Assembly: GCF_042660085.1 (NCBI RefSeq) | Contig: NZ_JBHSTI010000008.1 | Location: 1,629,876-1,661,875 of the forward strand | DNA length: 32,000 bases | Reading direction: 5' to 3' | From: Longivirga aurantiaca | GTDB taxonomy: Bacteria > Actinomycetota > Actinomycetes > S36-B12 > CAIYMF01 | Part shown: positions 17,979-29,400 of the stretch, one piece after another | Layout: each line of letters begins with the position of its first letter | Position numbering within the stretch: position 1 is the stretch's first letter | The notes under the pieces: generated by a model | What the model was told of the DNA's origin: nothing | Databases searched by the model: none | What the model saw: the letters and a program-made list of their open reading frames with translations, nothing else | Translations under genes and position numbers: made by a program

Positions 17979-18359
17979 ATGCCGACGATCTCCCTGGTGC
18001 TGGCCGCGCTCGCGGGTCTGCTGCACGTGTACTTCTTCCTGCTCGAGAGCGTGCTGTTCCGCAAGCCGTTCGCGCACCGCACGTTCGGGATCAAGGATCC
18101 GGCCGAGGTCGAGGCGCTGTCGTTCTCGATGCTCAACCAGGGTTTCTACAACCTGTTCCTCGCGATCGGCACCCTCGTCGGCGTCGTCGGGACGGTCCGC
18201 GGCTGGGAGCCGCAGGGGCCCACGCTCGTCGTCTTCTGCTGCGCCTGCATGGTGGCCGCGGCACTCGTGCTCGTGGTCGCCCGCCCCCGCATGGCGCGCG
18301 GCGCGCTCGTACAGGGCCTGCTTCCCCTGCTCGCGCTCGTCCTCGCCGCGGTCCTCTGA
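17979..18359 (+). CDS. DUF1304 family membrane protein
   Basis: LAGLLHVYFFLLESVLF...MLNQGFYNLFLAIG is the DUF1304 pattern. TACGGT lies 6 nt upstream of ATG 17979. The ORF-track start at 17973 is also possible. Confidence 0.8.
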   Translation: MPTISLVLAALAGLLHVYFFLLESVLFRKPFAHRTFGIKDPAEVEALSFSMLNQGFYNLFLAIGTLVGVVGTVRGWEPQGPTLVVFCCACMVAAALVLVVARPRMARGALVQGLLPLLALVLAAVL

Positions 18360-18392
18360 CGACCGGTGGTCTGAGGTCGTAGCCTCCCGGGC

Positions 18393-19022
18393 ATGAGCAT
18401 CCGCGTCTACAGCGAGGTCCCGGAGCAGCGACGCAAGCAGATCGCGTCCGACGTCGTCGTCGTCCTGCTGATCGTCCTCTTCGTCTGGGTCGGGAAGTTC
18501 GTCCACGACGCCGTCGGCTCCCTCTCCGTCCTCGCCACCGGCGTGAAGGAAGCAGGGCTGACCGTCGAGGGCGGCTTCCAGTCCGTCGCCGACGCGGTGT
18601 CGGGCGTGCCTGTGGTCGGCGAGTCGATCGGCAACGCGATCGCCGGTGCCGGCGACGGCACGGGCGGCAACCTCGCCGAGCTCGGCCAGTCGGGCGAGGA
18701 CGCCGTGTTCGCGGTGGCCCGCATCGTCGGCATCGTGACCGCGACCCTGCCCATCCTCGTCCTCCTCGCCGTCGTGCTGCCTCGTCGCATCCGGCGGGTC
18801 CGGCACATGTCCGTGGCGTCGCGCGTGCTGGTCGACCTCCACGATCCGGAGCGCCGCCGTCTGCTCGCGATGCGTGCTGCGTTCGGCCTGCCGTACGACG
18901 AGCTGCTCGACTTCACGTCCGACCCCCTTGGCGATCTCGCCGAGGGACGGCACGACGCGCTGGTGGCCGCCGCGCTCGCCGACGTCGGGCTCGTCGACCG
19001 CGGCTCCCCTGCCCTGGCCTGA
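18393..19022 (+). CDS. Hypothetical membrane protein (two TM segments flanking a Gly-rich loop)
   Basis: High third-position GC, TM segments VVVVLLIVLFVWV and IVGIVTATLPILVLLAVVL. TAGCCT sits 7 nt upstream of the ATG. No family recognised. Confidence 0.65.
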   Translation: MSIRVYSEVPEQRRKQIASDVVVVLLIVLFVWVGKFVHDAVGSLSVLATGVKEAGLTVEGGFQSVADAVSGVPVVGESIGNAIAGAGDGTGGNLAELGQSGEDAVFAVARIVGIVTATLPILVLLAVVLPRRIRRVRHMSVASRVLVDLHDPERRRLLAMRAAFGLPYDELLDFTSDPLGDLAEGRHDALVAAALADVGLVDRGSPALA

Positions 19023-19033
19023 GAGGACCCGTC

Positions 19034-19258
19034 ATGTGCCGCAGCATCAAGACCCTGCGCCCGCCGTACGCCGACGACGTGACCGACGACGACGTGCACG
19101 CGGCGGCGCTGCAGTACGTGCGCAAGATCGCCGGCATGCGCGCCCCGTCGGCGGCCAACAAGGAGGCCTTCGACCGGGCCGTGGACGAGGTGGCCCGGGC
19201 GACCGCCACGCTGCTCGAGGGCGTCGTCGTCCGGCAGCGGCCCGTCGTCTCGGACTGA
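19034..19258 (+). CDS. DUF2277 domain-containing protein
   Basis: MCRSIKTLRPPYADDVTDDDVHAAALQYVRKIAGMR matches the conserved DUF2277 N-terminus. Confidence 0.8.
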   Translation: MCRSIKTLRPPYADDVTDDDVHAAALQYVRKIAGMRAPSAANKEAFDRAVDEVARATATLLEGVVVRQRPVVSD

Positions 19259-19298
19259 CACCGGGCCACGCGGCCCCGGTGAGGACTAGCGTCGAGAC

Positions 19299-20039
19299 GT
19301 GAGCCACTCCGCCGATCACCTGATGCAGGGCGCGGCCGTCGAGGTGCGCGACCTCACCGTCGTGCGGGGCGGGGTCACCGCGCTCGACCAGGTGACCCTG
19401 GCGGTGCCCACCGGCCAGGTCACCGGGCTGCTCGGGCCGAGCGGATGCGGCAAGACGACCCTCATGCGCTCGATCGTCGGGGTGCAGATCGTCGAGTCGG
19501 GCTCGGTCTTCGTGCTGGGCGAGCCGGCGGGCTCGCCGTCGTTGCGCTCCCGCGTCGCCTACGTGACCCAGGCTCCGTCGGTGTACGGCGACCTCACGGT
19601 GCGCGGCAACCTGCGCTACTTCGCGAGCATCCTCGGCGCCGAAGACGGCGCGGTGGACCGGGCCATCGACGCGGTCGACCTGCGCGCCGAGGCCGACCGG
19701 CTCGTCAACCGCCTCTCGGGCGGGCAGCTGAGCAGGGTCTCGCTGGCCACCGCGCTGCTCGACGAGCCGGAGGTGCTCGTGCTCGACGAGCCGACCGTGG
19801 GGCTCGACCCCGTGCTGCGCCGCGACCTCTGGGCGCTGTTCCACCGGCTCGCGGCCGACGGCGCGACCCTGCTGGTGTCGAGCCACGTCATGGACGAGGC
19901 CACCCGGTGCGAGCGCCTGGTCCTCATGCGGGAGGGTCACGTGCTCGCCGACGGCACGCCGGACGCCCTCCTCGAGCGAACCGGCGCGGCCGACATGGAG
20001 TCGGCCTTCCTCGCCCTCATCGAAGGAGGGCGGTCATGA
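19299..20039 (+). CDS. ABC transporter ATP-binding protein (ABC-2/DrrA-like exporter subunit)
   Basis: Walker A GPSGCGKTT, signature LSGGQLSRV, Walker B VLVLDEPT. ATGA overlap with the permease gene. Confidence 0.9.
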   Translation: MSHSADHLMQGAAVEVRDLTVVRGGVTALDQVTLAVPTGQVTGLLGPSGCGKTTLMRSIVGVQIVESGSVFVLGEPAGSPSLRSRVAYVTQAPSVYGDLTVRGNLRYFASILGAEDGAVDRAIDAVDLRAEADRLVNRLSGGQLSRVSLATALLDEPEVLVLDEPTVGLDPVLRRDLWALFHRLAADGATLLVSSHVMDEATRCERLVLMREGHVLADGTPDALLERTGAADMESAFLALIEGGRS

Positions 20040-20767
20040 CCGCCGCCCGCACGATCGGCACCGCGCGACGCGTGCTGGGTCAGCTGCGGCACGACCACCG
20101 GACGGTGGCGCTGATCCTCGTCGTGCCCATGCTGCTGCTCGCGCTGCTCGCGTGGATCCTCCCCGACCCGGCGTTCCAGTCGTGGGCTCCCCCGCTGCTC
20201 GGCGTCTTCCCGATGCTCGTGATGTTCCTGACTACGTCGGTCGCCACCCTGCGCGAGCGCACGGGCGGCACGCTGGAACGGCTGCTGTCGATGCCGATCG
20301 GCAAGGGCGACTTCGTCTTCGGCTACGCACTGGCGTTCGGCGGCCTCGCGATCGTCCAGGCCCTGCTGGTCGGAGCCGTGAGCTTCCGGCTCCTCGGGCT
20401 CGAGGTGGCCGGCTCCGCCTGGCTCGTGGTGCTCGTCGCCGTGATCGACGGCCTCATCGGCACCGCGCTCGGCCTCTTCGTGAGCGCTTTCGCGCAGACC
20501 GAGTTCCAGGCCGTGCAGTTCATGCCGGTGGTGCTCATCCCGCAGCTGCTCATCTGCGGCCTGCTCGTGCCGACCGACCAACTGCCCGCGGCGCTCGAGT
20601 GGTTCTCGTGGCTGCTGCCGCTCACGTACGCGATCAACGCGATGAACCACGTCGCGACCGAGGCCGTCCCGGACACGCGCTTCTGGGTCGACGTCGTCGT
20701 CATCGTCGTGATGGCCCTCGGCCTGCTCGCAGCCGGTGCGGCCACGCTCCGGCGCCGTACGCCCTGA
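20036..20767 (+). CDS. ABC-2 type transporter permease
   Basis: Six-TM ABC-2 pattern (REERTGGTLERLLSMP-like motif: LRERTGGTLERLLSMPIGK). Translationally coupled to the ATPase gene. Confidence 0.85.
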   Translation: MTAARTIGTARRVLGQLRHDHRTVALILVVPMLLLALLAWILPDPAFQSWAPPLLGVFPMLVMFLTTSVATLRERTGGTLERLLSMPIGKGDFVFGYALAFGGLAIVQALLVGAVSFRLLGLEVAGSAWLVVLVAVIDGLIGTALGLFVSAFAQTEFQAVQFMPVVLIPQLLICGLLVPTDQLPAALEWFSWLLPLTYAINAMNHVATEAVPDTRFWVDVVVIVVMALGLLAAGAATLRRRTP

Positions 20768-20769
20768 TC

Positions 20770-21273
20770 TCAGCGCAGGCGGCGCAGCCAGCGCAGCAGC
20801 CGACCCTCGTCGGTGTCGATCTCGCCTGCGCGCTCGAAGCCGCAGCGCTCGAGCACCCGGTGCGAGGGGACGTTGTCGGGTGCGGTCATCGCCTCGACGG
20901 CGACCACGCCGTGCGCGACCGCCCAGCCGACCACCGCCGACAGCGCCTCGGTGGCATACCCGTTGCCCTGCACGGAATCGGCGAGCCCGTAGCCCACCTC
21001 GACCACGCCGTCGGGGTCCGGGGCGGACAGGAATCCGACGCCGCCCACGGCCTCCCCGGTGGATCCCAGCCGGATCTGCAGCGGGCCGAGCGCCGTGCCC
21101 TCGTCGTAGTGGTCGCCGGCCTCCCCCACCACCGCGGCGACGACTCGGTCGCCCTCGGTCGGGTAGTCGTCGGCCCACGACCGGCCGCTCCTGTCGTCGG
21201 CCCTGATCGCGGCAGCCTCGGCCGTGGTCAGCGCCTCGAGGACCAGCCGCGCGGTGACGATGCGCGTCGGCAC
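20770..21273 (-). CDS. GNAT family N-acetyltransferase (RimJ/RimL-like)
   Basis: RLVLEALTTAEAAAI...VGYGLADSVQGNGYATEA...NVPSHRVLERCGF. Confidence 0.85.
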   Translation of the reverse strand: MPTRIVTARLVLEALTTAEAAAIRADDRSGRSWADDYPTEGDRVVAAVVGEAGDHYDEGTALGPLQIRLGSTGEAVGGVGFLSAPDPDGVVEVGYGLADSVQGNGYATEALSAVVGWAVAHGVVAVEAMTAPDNVPSHRVLERCGFERAGEIDTDEGRLLRWLRRLR

Positions 21274-21276
21274 GCG

Positions 21277-21822
21277 CTAGGGGAGGACGCCGACGTGAGC
21301 CAGTGCGAGCCGCAGCAGGCGATCCTGGCCACCGGTCATCTCGACGGCCACACCCTCGCCCGCCGCCTCCTCGGGGGTCATCCACTGGAGGTCGAGCGCC
21401 GATGCCGACGGCACGCAGTCCCCGCTCACGGGCACGACGAAGGCGAGCGACACGGCGTGCTGGCGCGGGTCGTGGTAGCCCGTGACGGACGGGTCCGGGA
21501 AGTACTCGGCGATCGTGAACGGCTGCGGCGCCGTCGGCAGCTGCGGCAGCGCCATGGCGCCGAGGTCCTTCTCGAGGTGACGGACGAGGGCGTCGCGCAC
21601 CCGCTCCCCGTAGTGGACGCGGCCCGACACGGGCGCCCGGCTGATCGAGCCGTCGGGCATGGCCCGCAGCAGCAGCCCGACGGAGACGACGACCCCGCGG
21701 TCGTCGACGCGGACGGGGAACGCCTCGACGTACACCATGGGGACGCGGTCGCGCGCCTGCTCGAGGTCGTCGTGGGGAAGCCACCCTGCGCGGGCGTCGG
21801 TCATCTCGCTCACGGGCTCCAC
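21277..21822 (-). CDS. DUF4916 domain protein (NUDIX-fold-like)
   Basis: VPMVYVEAFPVRVDDRGVVVSVGLLLR...SGRVHYGERVRDALVRHLEKDLG...DPRQHAVSLAFVVPV. Start is uncertain (GTG 21822, GTG 21813 or ATG 21804). Confidence 0.7.
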   Translation of the reverse strand: MEPVSEMTDARAGWLPHDDLEQARDRVPMVYVEAFPVRVDDRGVVVSVGLLLRAMPDGSISRAPVSGRVHYGERVRDALVRHLEKDLGAMALPQLPTAPQPFTIAEYFPDPSVTGYHDPRQHAVSLAFVVPVSGDCVPSASALDLQWMTPEEAAGEGVAVEMTGGQDRLLRLALAHVGVLP

Positions 21823-21922
21823 CGTACGGCGCTCTGGCGGCCGCGCGTGGCGCGACCCGGCAGGCGGCGCGCCGACCGGCCCTCAGCAGGCACCGGGAGG
21901 TGGCGCGAGGCAGGATGGGCGC

Positions 21923-22321
21923 ATGCGACTGACCCTGCGCGCCGACGGCGCCGCCGACCTCGACCTGGTCTGGCAGCGCTACTCGGTCCCCGCGCTGTGG
22001 ACCACCTGGGCACCGCAGATCCGGCGCGTGGAGTGCTCGGCGGAGCGGCTCGCGGTCGGCGTCACCGGCATCGTCTTCGGGGTGATCCCCAACATCGGCG
22101 CGAGCTTCGAGGTCGTCGAGTACGACGAGGGGGCCCACCGCTGGGCCTGGGACATCGCCGCCGGGCCGGTGAGGATGCATCTCGACCACCGCAGCGAGGC
22201 CCGCATCGGCGGCGGCACCAGCACGGCGCTCGAGGTGGAAGGGCCGGCCGCGGCCGTCATGACCTACGCGCCGGTCGCGCGCATCTCGCTCGAGAGCCTG
22301 GTGCGACCCCCGAAGAAATGA
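21923..22321 (+). CDS. SRPBCC (polyketide cyclase/START-like) family protein
   Basis: 132 aa, with VWQRYSVPALWTTWAPQIRRVE...RWAWDI, typical of small SRPBCC proteins. Confidence 0.7.
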   Translation: MRLTLRADGAADLDLVWQRYSVPALWTTWAPQIRRVECSAERLAVGVTGIVFGVIPNIGASFEVVEYDEGAHRWAWDIAAGPVRMHLDHRSEARIGGGTSTALEVEGPAAAVMTYAPVARISLESLVRPPKK

Positions 22322-22327
22322 GGCGGC

Positions 22328-22804
22328 TCAGGCCGTCTCGGGCCGCCTGTTCGGCTTGAGGGTCCAGAGCACGGTCACCGCACCGGTCACGAGGAGGTCG
22401 TCGCCCTCGCCGGTCGTGAGCTCGACCTCCACGTGGAACTCCGGCCGCCCGCCCGCCTTCAGCGTGGCGATCACCGAGTCCACCTCGGACGCCATGTGCG
22501 CGGTGGCGGTCACCGGGCCGCGAGCGACCTTGAGGTAGCGGATGGTGGCCTCGACCGCGAGCGGTGTGACCTCCCCCAGCATCTCGCCGTAGTTCGAGAG
22601 CACGAGCGCACCCGATGCGGTCTCGGCCAGGGTGAACATCGCACCGGCGTGCGAGCCGCCGATGTGGTTGTGGAAGCGCACATCGTCCGGGAGCCGGCAG
22701 ACCGCGTGGTCCCTGGAGAGCTCGAGGTACTCGATCCCCAAGGTGCCCACGAAGGGGACGGTGGTGGGCATGGTGGAACGGACGGTGTCGAGGTCGAGGG
22801 CCAT
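22328..22804 (-). CDS. Hotdog-fold thioesterase (PaaI/YiiD_C, DUF4442-like)
   Basis: HNHIGGSHAGAMFTLAETASGALVL...ATIRYLKVARGPVTATA. Confidence 0.8.
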   Translation of the reverse strand: MALDLDTVRSTMPTTVPFVGTLGIEYLELSRDHAVCRLPDDVRFHNHIGGSHAGAMFTLAETASGALVLSNYGEMLGEVTPLAVEATIRYLKVARGPVTATAHMASEVDSVIATLKAGGRPEFHVEVELTTGEGDDLLVTGAVTVLWTLKPNRRPETA

Positions 22805-22836
22805 GCCTCCGGACGATACGCGTTAGCGTCCCCTGC

Positions 22837-23382
22837 ATGCCGACGCAGCACCCGGATCGCGAGCCCGCCGAGAGGCAAGGGCAGCCGACCCTTCCCGCCG
22901 CCGTGGTGTTCGACGTCGACGGGGTGCTCGCCGACGTGCGGCACCGGCTGCGCCACGTGGAGCGAAAGCCGAAGGACTGGCCGGCGTTCTTCGCGGCGAT
23001 GGACGAGGACGGCCCGCTCGGGGAGGGGGTCGCCCGTGCGCGTGCCGAGGCCGCGGCGGGCCGCGCGATCGTCTACCTGACCGGCCGCAACGAGACCTAC
23101 CGCGGCGTGACCGAGGCCTGGCTCGCGCGGCACGGTCTCCCCGAGGGCCGGCTTGTGATGCGCCGGGACGACGACCGCCGGCCGGCGCGGCTGTTCAAAC
23201 CCCAGGCCGTCGCCCGGATCGCGCGCTCCGCCGAGGTCGTCGCCGTGATCGACGACGACGAGGCGGTCGTCACGGTGCTCCGCGCCGCCGGCTGGCCGGT
23301 CGAGCACGCCACCTGGATGCGCGCCGACCGCGACGAGCAGCAGAGCCTGTTCGACGCCCAGGAGACCGACGGCCGCACCTGA
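22837..23382 (+). CDS. HAD-superfamily phosphatase-like protein
   Basis: AVVFDVDGVLAD (DxDx motif I), YLTGRNE (motif II T) and VIDDDEA (motif IV). Confidence 0.75.
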   Translation: MPTQHPDREPAERQGQPTLPAAVVFDVDGVLADVRHRLRHVERKPKDWPAFFAAMDEDGPLGEGVARARAEAAAGRAIVYLTGRNETYRGVTEAWLARHGLPEGRLVMRRDDDRRPARLFKPQAVARIARSAEVVAVIDDDEAVVTVLRAAGWPVEHATWMRADRDEQQSLFDAQETDGRT

Positions 23383-23489
23383 GGCGCGGACGCTCGCCGG
23401 GCGACCCGCCGGCTCATCGGCGTAGCGTGACGATCGGGCACGGAGGATCGAGCCCACATCCACGGGTACCTCCGCGCGAGGGAGTACCC

Positions 23490-23951
23490 ATGCGAACGTT
23501 GATGCGCGCCGTAGCCGTCACCGCCGTCCTCGCCCTGGCAGCCGCGTGCGGGTCGTCCGGGTCGGGGACGCCGACCTCGTCGCAGGCGCCCGAGCCGACT
23601 TACTCGGCCGTCGTTCTCAACTGCGACCAGTACCCGGTGCGGGCCACCAACCTGTACTCGCACGCCTCGAAGTCGGGGCTCAACATCGGGACCACCAACT
23701 CCATCGACGGCTACGTCACGCAGATGCAGGAGGCGCTCGCCGACCTCGAGCTCAACGCGCCCGAGTGCGCTCCGGCCGCGACGGAGGAGCTCGCCGCGCT
23801 CGGCGATGCCATCACCGCGTATGCGGAGGCCTACGAGCCCACGGCGGAGGCGGCCGACGCGAACAACGCCGCGCTGCTCGCCCTGGCGGCCCAGGGCAGG
23901 CTCACGTGGACGGCGATGGGCCTCGATCCGGCCCAGTGGGACGGCGTGTAG
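23490..23951 (+). CDS. Lipoprotein, unknown function
   Basis: Signal peptide with lipobox VLALAAAC|G. SD GAGGGAG upstream of ATG 23490. Confidence 0.75.
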   Translation: MRTLMRAVAVTAVLALAAACGSSGSGTPTSSQAPEPTYSAVVLNCDQYPVRATNLYSHASKSGLNIGTTNSIDGYVTQMQEALADLELNAPECAPAATEELAALGDAITAYAEAYEPTAEAADANNAALLALAAQGRLTWTAMGLDPAQWDGV

Positions 23952-23961
23952 GAGCGTCCGA

Positions 23962-24001
23962 CCGGCGGCGGGGGCCGGACGTCCGGACCCGCCGCCGCCG
24001 G
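23962..24001. terminator. Long GC-rich nested hairpin between the convergent lipoprotein and gcvP genes (possible bidirectional terminator)
   Basis: Outer stem ccggcggcgg (23962-23971) pairs with ccgccgccgg (23992-24001). The inner sequence contains the palindrome ccggacgtccgg. Confidence 0.5.
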
Positions 24002-24003
24002 GG

Positions 24004-26931
<2,928 letters not shown>

Positions 26932-27003
26932 GGCGGGCCCTCGCGGTGATGGCCGAGCATGCTCGGCAGGCGACCCCGTCGCGCGGGCGCGCGTCGGTGG
27001 GGT

Positions 27004-27193
27004 CCCCCTCTGTCCATGCGCGAGCCCGCGCGCCTGAGAGCTTCACCGCCCGGAGGCGGCTTGCACCGTCGGCGGGGACCGGAGGTCCCGCTTTCCAGAG
27101 GCGCCATGCCTGGGCGGTCCGTGATGCCTGAGAGGTTGACGGGGAGTTGCTCCTTCGGCGCCTGCCGCTGGCTGCGACAGGTCTCTCCCGCCC
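27004..27193 (-). promoter_or_regulatory. Tandem glycine riboswitch (two aptamers) in the gcvP leader
   Basis: Minus-strand RNA. Aptamer 1: GGGCGGGAGAGACC...GCGCCGAAGGAGCAACUCCCC...CUCUCAGGCA...CCGCCC. Aptamer 2: CCUCUGGAAAGCGGG...CGACGGUGCAAGCC...CUCUCAGGCG...GACAGAGGG. These match the conserved GGAGAG / ACCGAAGGRGCAA / CUCUCAGG cores. Confidence 0.9.
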
Positions 27194-27214
27194 GGGGGGT
27201 GCGGCGCAGCCCTG

Positions 27215-27220
27215 AGACTA
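27215..27220 (-). promoter_or_regulatory. Putative -10 hexamer (TAGTCT) for the gcvP/riboswitch transcript
   Basis: TAGTCT on the minus strand, about 20 nt upstream of aptamer-1 P1. No convincing -35 element. Confidence 0.3.
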
Positions 27221-27256
27221 CCGGCGCGGACGCCTCGCGGCGCCCCCGGGCGCACC

Positions 27257-27285
27257 GACGCCCCCGGCCGCTGGCCGGGGGCGTC
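27257..27285 (-). terminator. Perfect 13-bp stem-loop after the MerR gene
   Basis: gacgcccccggcc-gct-ggccgggggcgtc, 19 nt downstream of the MerR stop on the minus strand. Confidence 0.55.
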
Positions 27286-27303
27286 AGGAGGCTGCGGTGC
27301 GCG

Positions 27304-27909
27304 TCAGCCGGCGGAGCGGGCCGCGCGGCGAGCGGCGAGCTCGTCGCCGGCGACGTCGGGGATGTTGGGGGTGCCGTCGAGACGCTCGCTGGGGAGCTCG
27401 GCGAGGCTGCCCTCGACCTCGCGCCAGACCCGGCCCACGGCGATGCCGAAGACGCCCTGGCCGCCCTGCACGAGGTCGATGACCTCGTCCTGGCTGCGGC
27501 ACTCGTAGACCGATGCGCCGTCGCTCATGAGCGTGACCTGGGCGAGGTCGTCGACACCGGACTCGCGCAGGTGCTCGACGGCGCTGCGGATGTTGGCGAG
27601 CGAGACGCCGGTGTCGAGCAGGCGCTTGATCACCTTGAGCACGAGGATGTCGCGGAAGCTGTAGAGGCGCTGGCTGCCCGACCCGTGGGCAGTGCGCACG
27701 GACGGCTCGACGAGCCCGGTGCGCGCCCAGTAGTCGAGCTGGCGGTAGGTGATCCCCGCGGCGGAGCAGGCGACCGGCCCGCGGAAGCCGACGTCGGCCG
27801 GCATCGCCTGGACCTCGTCGCCGAACAGCAGACCCTGACGGCCGGCGGCTACGGCCGCCTCGTCGCGCTGCTGCTCGTCGGGCCCGGGGCCCTCGTGCAC
27901 TCCGTTCAC
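27304..27909 (-). CDS. MerR family transcriptional regulator (Rv1830-like)
   Basis: GYRGP-like FRGPVACSAAGITYRQLDYWARTGLVEPSVRTAHGSGSQRLYSFRDILVLKVIKRLLDTGVSL. GTG at 27909 sits 6 nt after AGGAGG. Confidence 0.9.
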   Translation of the reverse strand: MNGVHEGPGPDEQQRDEAAVAAGRQGLLFGDEVQAMPADVGFRGPVACSAAGITYRQLDYWARTGLVEPSVRTAHGSGSQRLYSFRDILVLKVIKRLLDTGVSLANIRSAVEHLRESGVDDLAQVTLMSDGASVYECRSQDEVIDLVQGGQGVFGIAVGRVWREVEGSLAELPSERLDGTPNIPDVAGDELAARRAARSAG

Positions 27910-27992
27910 CGGAGACCTCCTGAAGCCGCCGCTCGGTGCCGCGGGTGGGGGAAGCACATCGCGAGAGTTACACCGGGGACGTTCTGGATCGA

Positions 27993-28021
27993 ACGCTAGG
28001 ACCGCGCGGGTGCCGGGTCAA
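27993..28021 (-). promoter_or_regulatory. Putative sigma-A-type promoter for the MerR (27909) gene
   Basis: On the minus strand: TTGACC (28021-28016), 17-nt spacer, TAGCGT (27998-27993). Confidence 0.45.
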
Positions 28022-28062
28022 CGCAGGACGCCGCGACACGCCGGTAGGACCTGTCCCAGACC

Positions 28063-28092
28063 GCAACCCTCACGTGGAGGTCGAGGGTTTGC
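28063..28092 (-). terminator. Stem-loop after the DUF151 gene, containing the shared motif gaggtcgagggtt
   Basis: gcaaccctc-acgtggaggtc-gagggtt(t)gc. Arms aaccctc/gagggtt, located 18 nt downstream of the DUF151 stop. Confidence 0.4.
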
Positions 28093-28109
28093 CAGGCTCC
28101 CGCGCGGGT

Positions 28110-28598
28110 TCAGCCCTGCTCGGGAGCCGCGTTGCCGCCGAGGAAGTCGTCCGGCGAGATCTCGTCGAGGAAGGCCCGGAACTTCTCGACCTCGTCCTCC
28201 TGCTCGTCCGGCACGGCGATGCCGGCGGCCTCCAGCACGGCCTCGGCGCCGTAGATCGGCGTCCCCGTGCGCAGCGCCAGGGCGATCGCGTCGGACGGGC
28301 GGGCGCTCACCTCGACCCCGCCCTCGAAGGCGAGGACCGCGAAGAAGACGCCGTCGGTGAGCTCGGTGATGCGCACCTCGGAGAGGGTGTGGCCGAGCGA
28401 CGACACGACGTCCCGCAGCAGGTCGTGGGTCAGCGGCCGGGCGGGCACGACCCCCTGCTGGGCGAACGCGATGGCAGTGGCCTCGACCGCGCCGATCCAG
28501 ATGGGCAGGTAGCGCTCGCCCTCGACCTCGCGCAGCAGCACGATCGGCTGGTTCGACGGCATCTCGACCCGGACACCCACGACGTCCATCTGGCGCAT
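28110..28598 (-). CDS. Bifunctional nuclease family protein (DUF151; Rv1829-like)
   Basis: VVGVRVEMPSNQPIVLLREVEGERYLPIWIGAVEATAIAFAQQGVVPARPLTHDLL is the highly conserved DUF151 core. Confidence 0.9.
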   Translation of the reverse strand: MRQMDVVGVRVEMPSNQPIVLLREVEGERYLPIWIGAVEATAIAFAQQGVVPARPLTHDLLRDVVSSLGHTLSEVRITELTDGVFFAVLAFEGGVEVSARPSDAIALALRTGTPIYGAEAVLEAAGIAVPDEQEDEVEKFRAFLDEISPDDFLGGNAAPEQG

Positions 28599-28662
28599 GG
28601 AGCCAGCCTAGCCGCGGCAGGGGCTGACGCGACCCGGCCGTCCGAGTGGGCGTGCCGGCAGG

Positions 28663-29400
28663 CTAGCGGCGGAGCTCGGTCGCGAGACCGGCCTTGACCA
28701 GCGAGGCGTGCAGCCGCACCGAGAGGGCGGCGAGCTCGCGGATGGCGTCGTCGGCGCGCTGCTGGCTCTCCGGGTCGCGCTGGCGCAGCATGGGCGTGAC
28801 GACCTGCTCGACCAGGCCCACCTCGCGGTCGGCCGCCACCTTGAACGTGCGCAGGTGCCGCGGCTCGATGCCGAACGCCGCCATCTCGGCCACGGTGCTC
28901 GCGATCACGAGGGTGTCGCCGTCGTAGTGCTGGCCGCGCTTGGTGATGAGGCCGTAGCCCTCGAGCTGCTCGAGCAGGGAGTCGGTCAGGCCGCTCGCCT
29001 CGAGCAGCTCGCCGCGCGAGAGGCGCACATCGGCGTTGCCCCGGAACGAGTCGGCGTTCGGCATGCCGTCGGTCGACACCAGCGCCCGCGGCACGCGCGG
29101 ACCGTCGGCGCTCGACGCCGGCGGCTCGAGGCCGCGGTCGATCGCCTCGAGGTGCTCGCGGATGACCTTCAGCGGCAGGTACTGGTCGCGCTGGCAGGCG
29201 AGGACGTAGCGCAGCCGCTCGACGTCGGCATGGCTGAACTTGCGGTAGCCGCTCGCGGTGCGCTGCGGCGCGATGAGCCCCTCGCCCTCGAGGAAGCGGA
29301 TCTTGGAGATCGTGACGTCGGGGAAGTCCGGGCGCAGCACCTCGAGGACGTCGCCGATGCCCATGAGGCCGCGCGAGACCGCGCTGGGGACCGCGCTCAT
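28663..29400 (-). CDS. MerR family transcriptional regulator (Rv1828-like)
   Basis: IGDVLEVLRPDFPDVTISKIRFLEGEGLIAPQRTASGYRKFSHADVERLRYVLACQRDQYLPLKVIREHL. ATGA overlap with the upstream FHA gene. Confidence 0.9.
   Translation of the reverse strand: MSAVPSAVSRGLMGIGDVLEVLRPDFPDVTISKIRFLEGEGLIAPQRTASGYRKFSHADVERLRYVLACQRDQYLPLKVIREHLEAIDRGLEPPASSADGPRVPRALVSTDGMPNADSFRGNADVRLSRGELLEASGLTDSLLEQLEGYGLITKRGQHYDGDTLVIASTVAEMAAFGIEPRHLRTFKVAADREVGLVEQVVTPMLRQRDPESQQRADDAIRELAALSVRLHASLVKAGLATELRR

Noticed and set aside
19937-22359. Two ORFs of about 740 aa on opposite strands (19937..22189 minus, 20152..22359 plus) spanning several small genes
   Set aside because: Both are Arg/Pro/Gly-rich shadow frames. 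The region is fully explained by the ABC-2 permease, GNAT, DUF4916 and SRPBCC genes, which have family-typical sequences.
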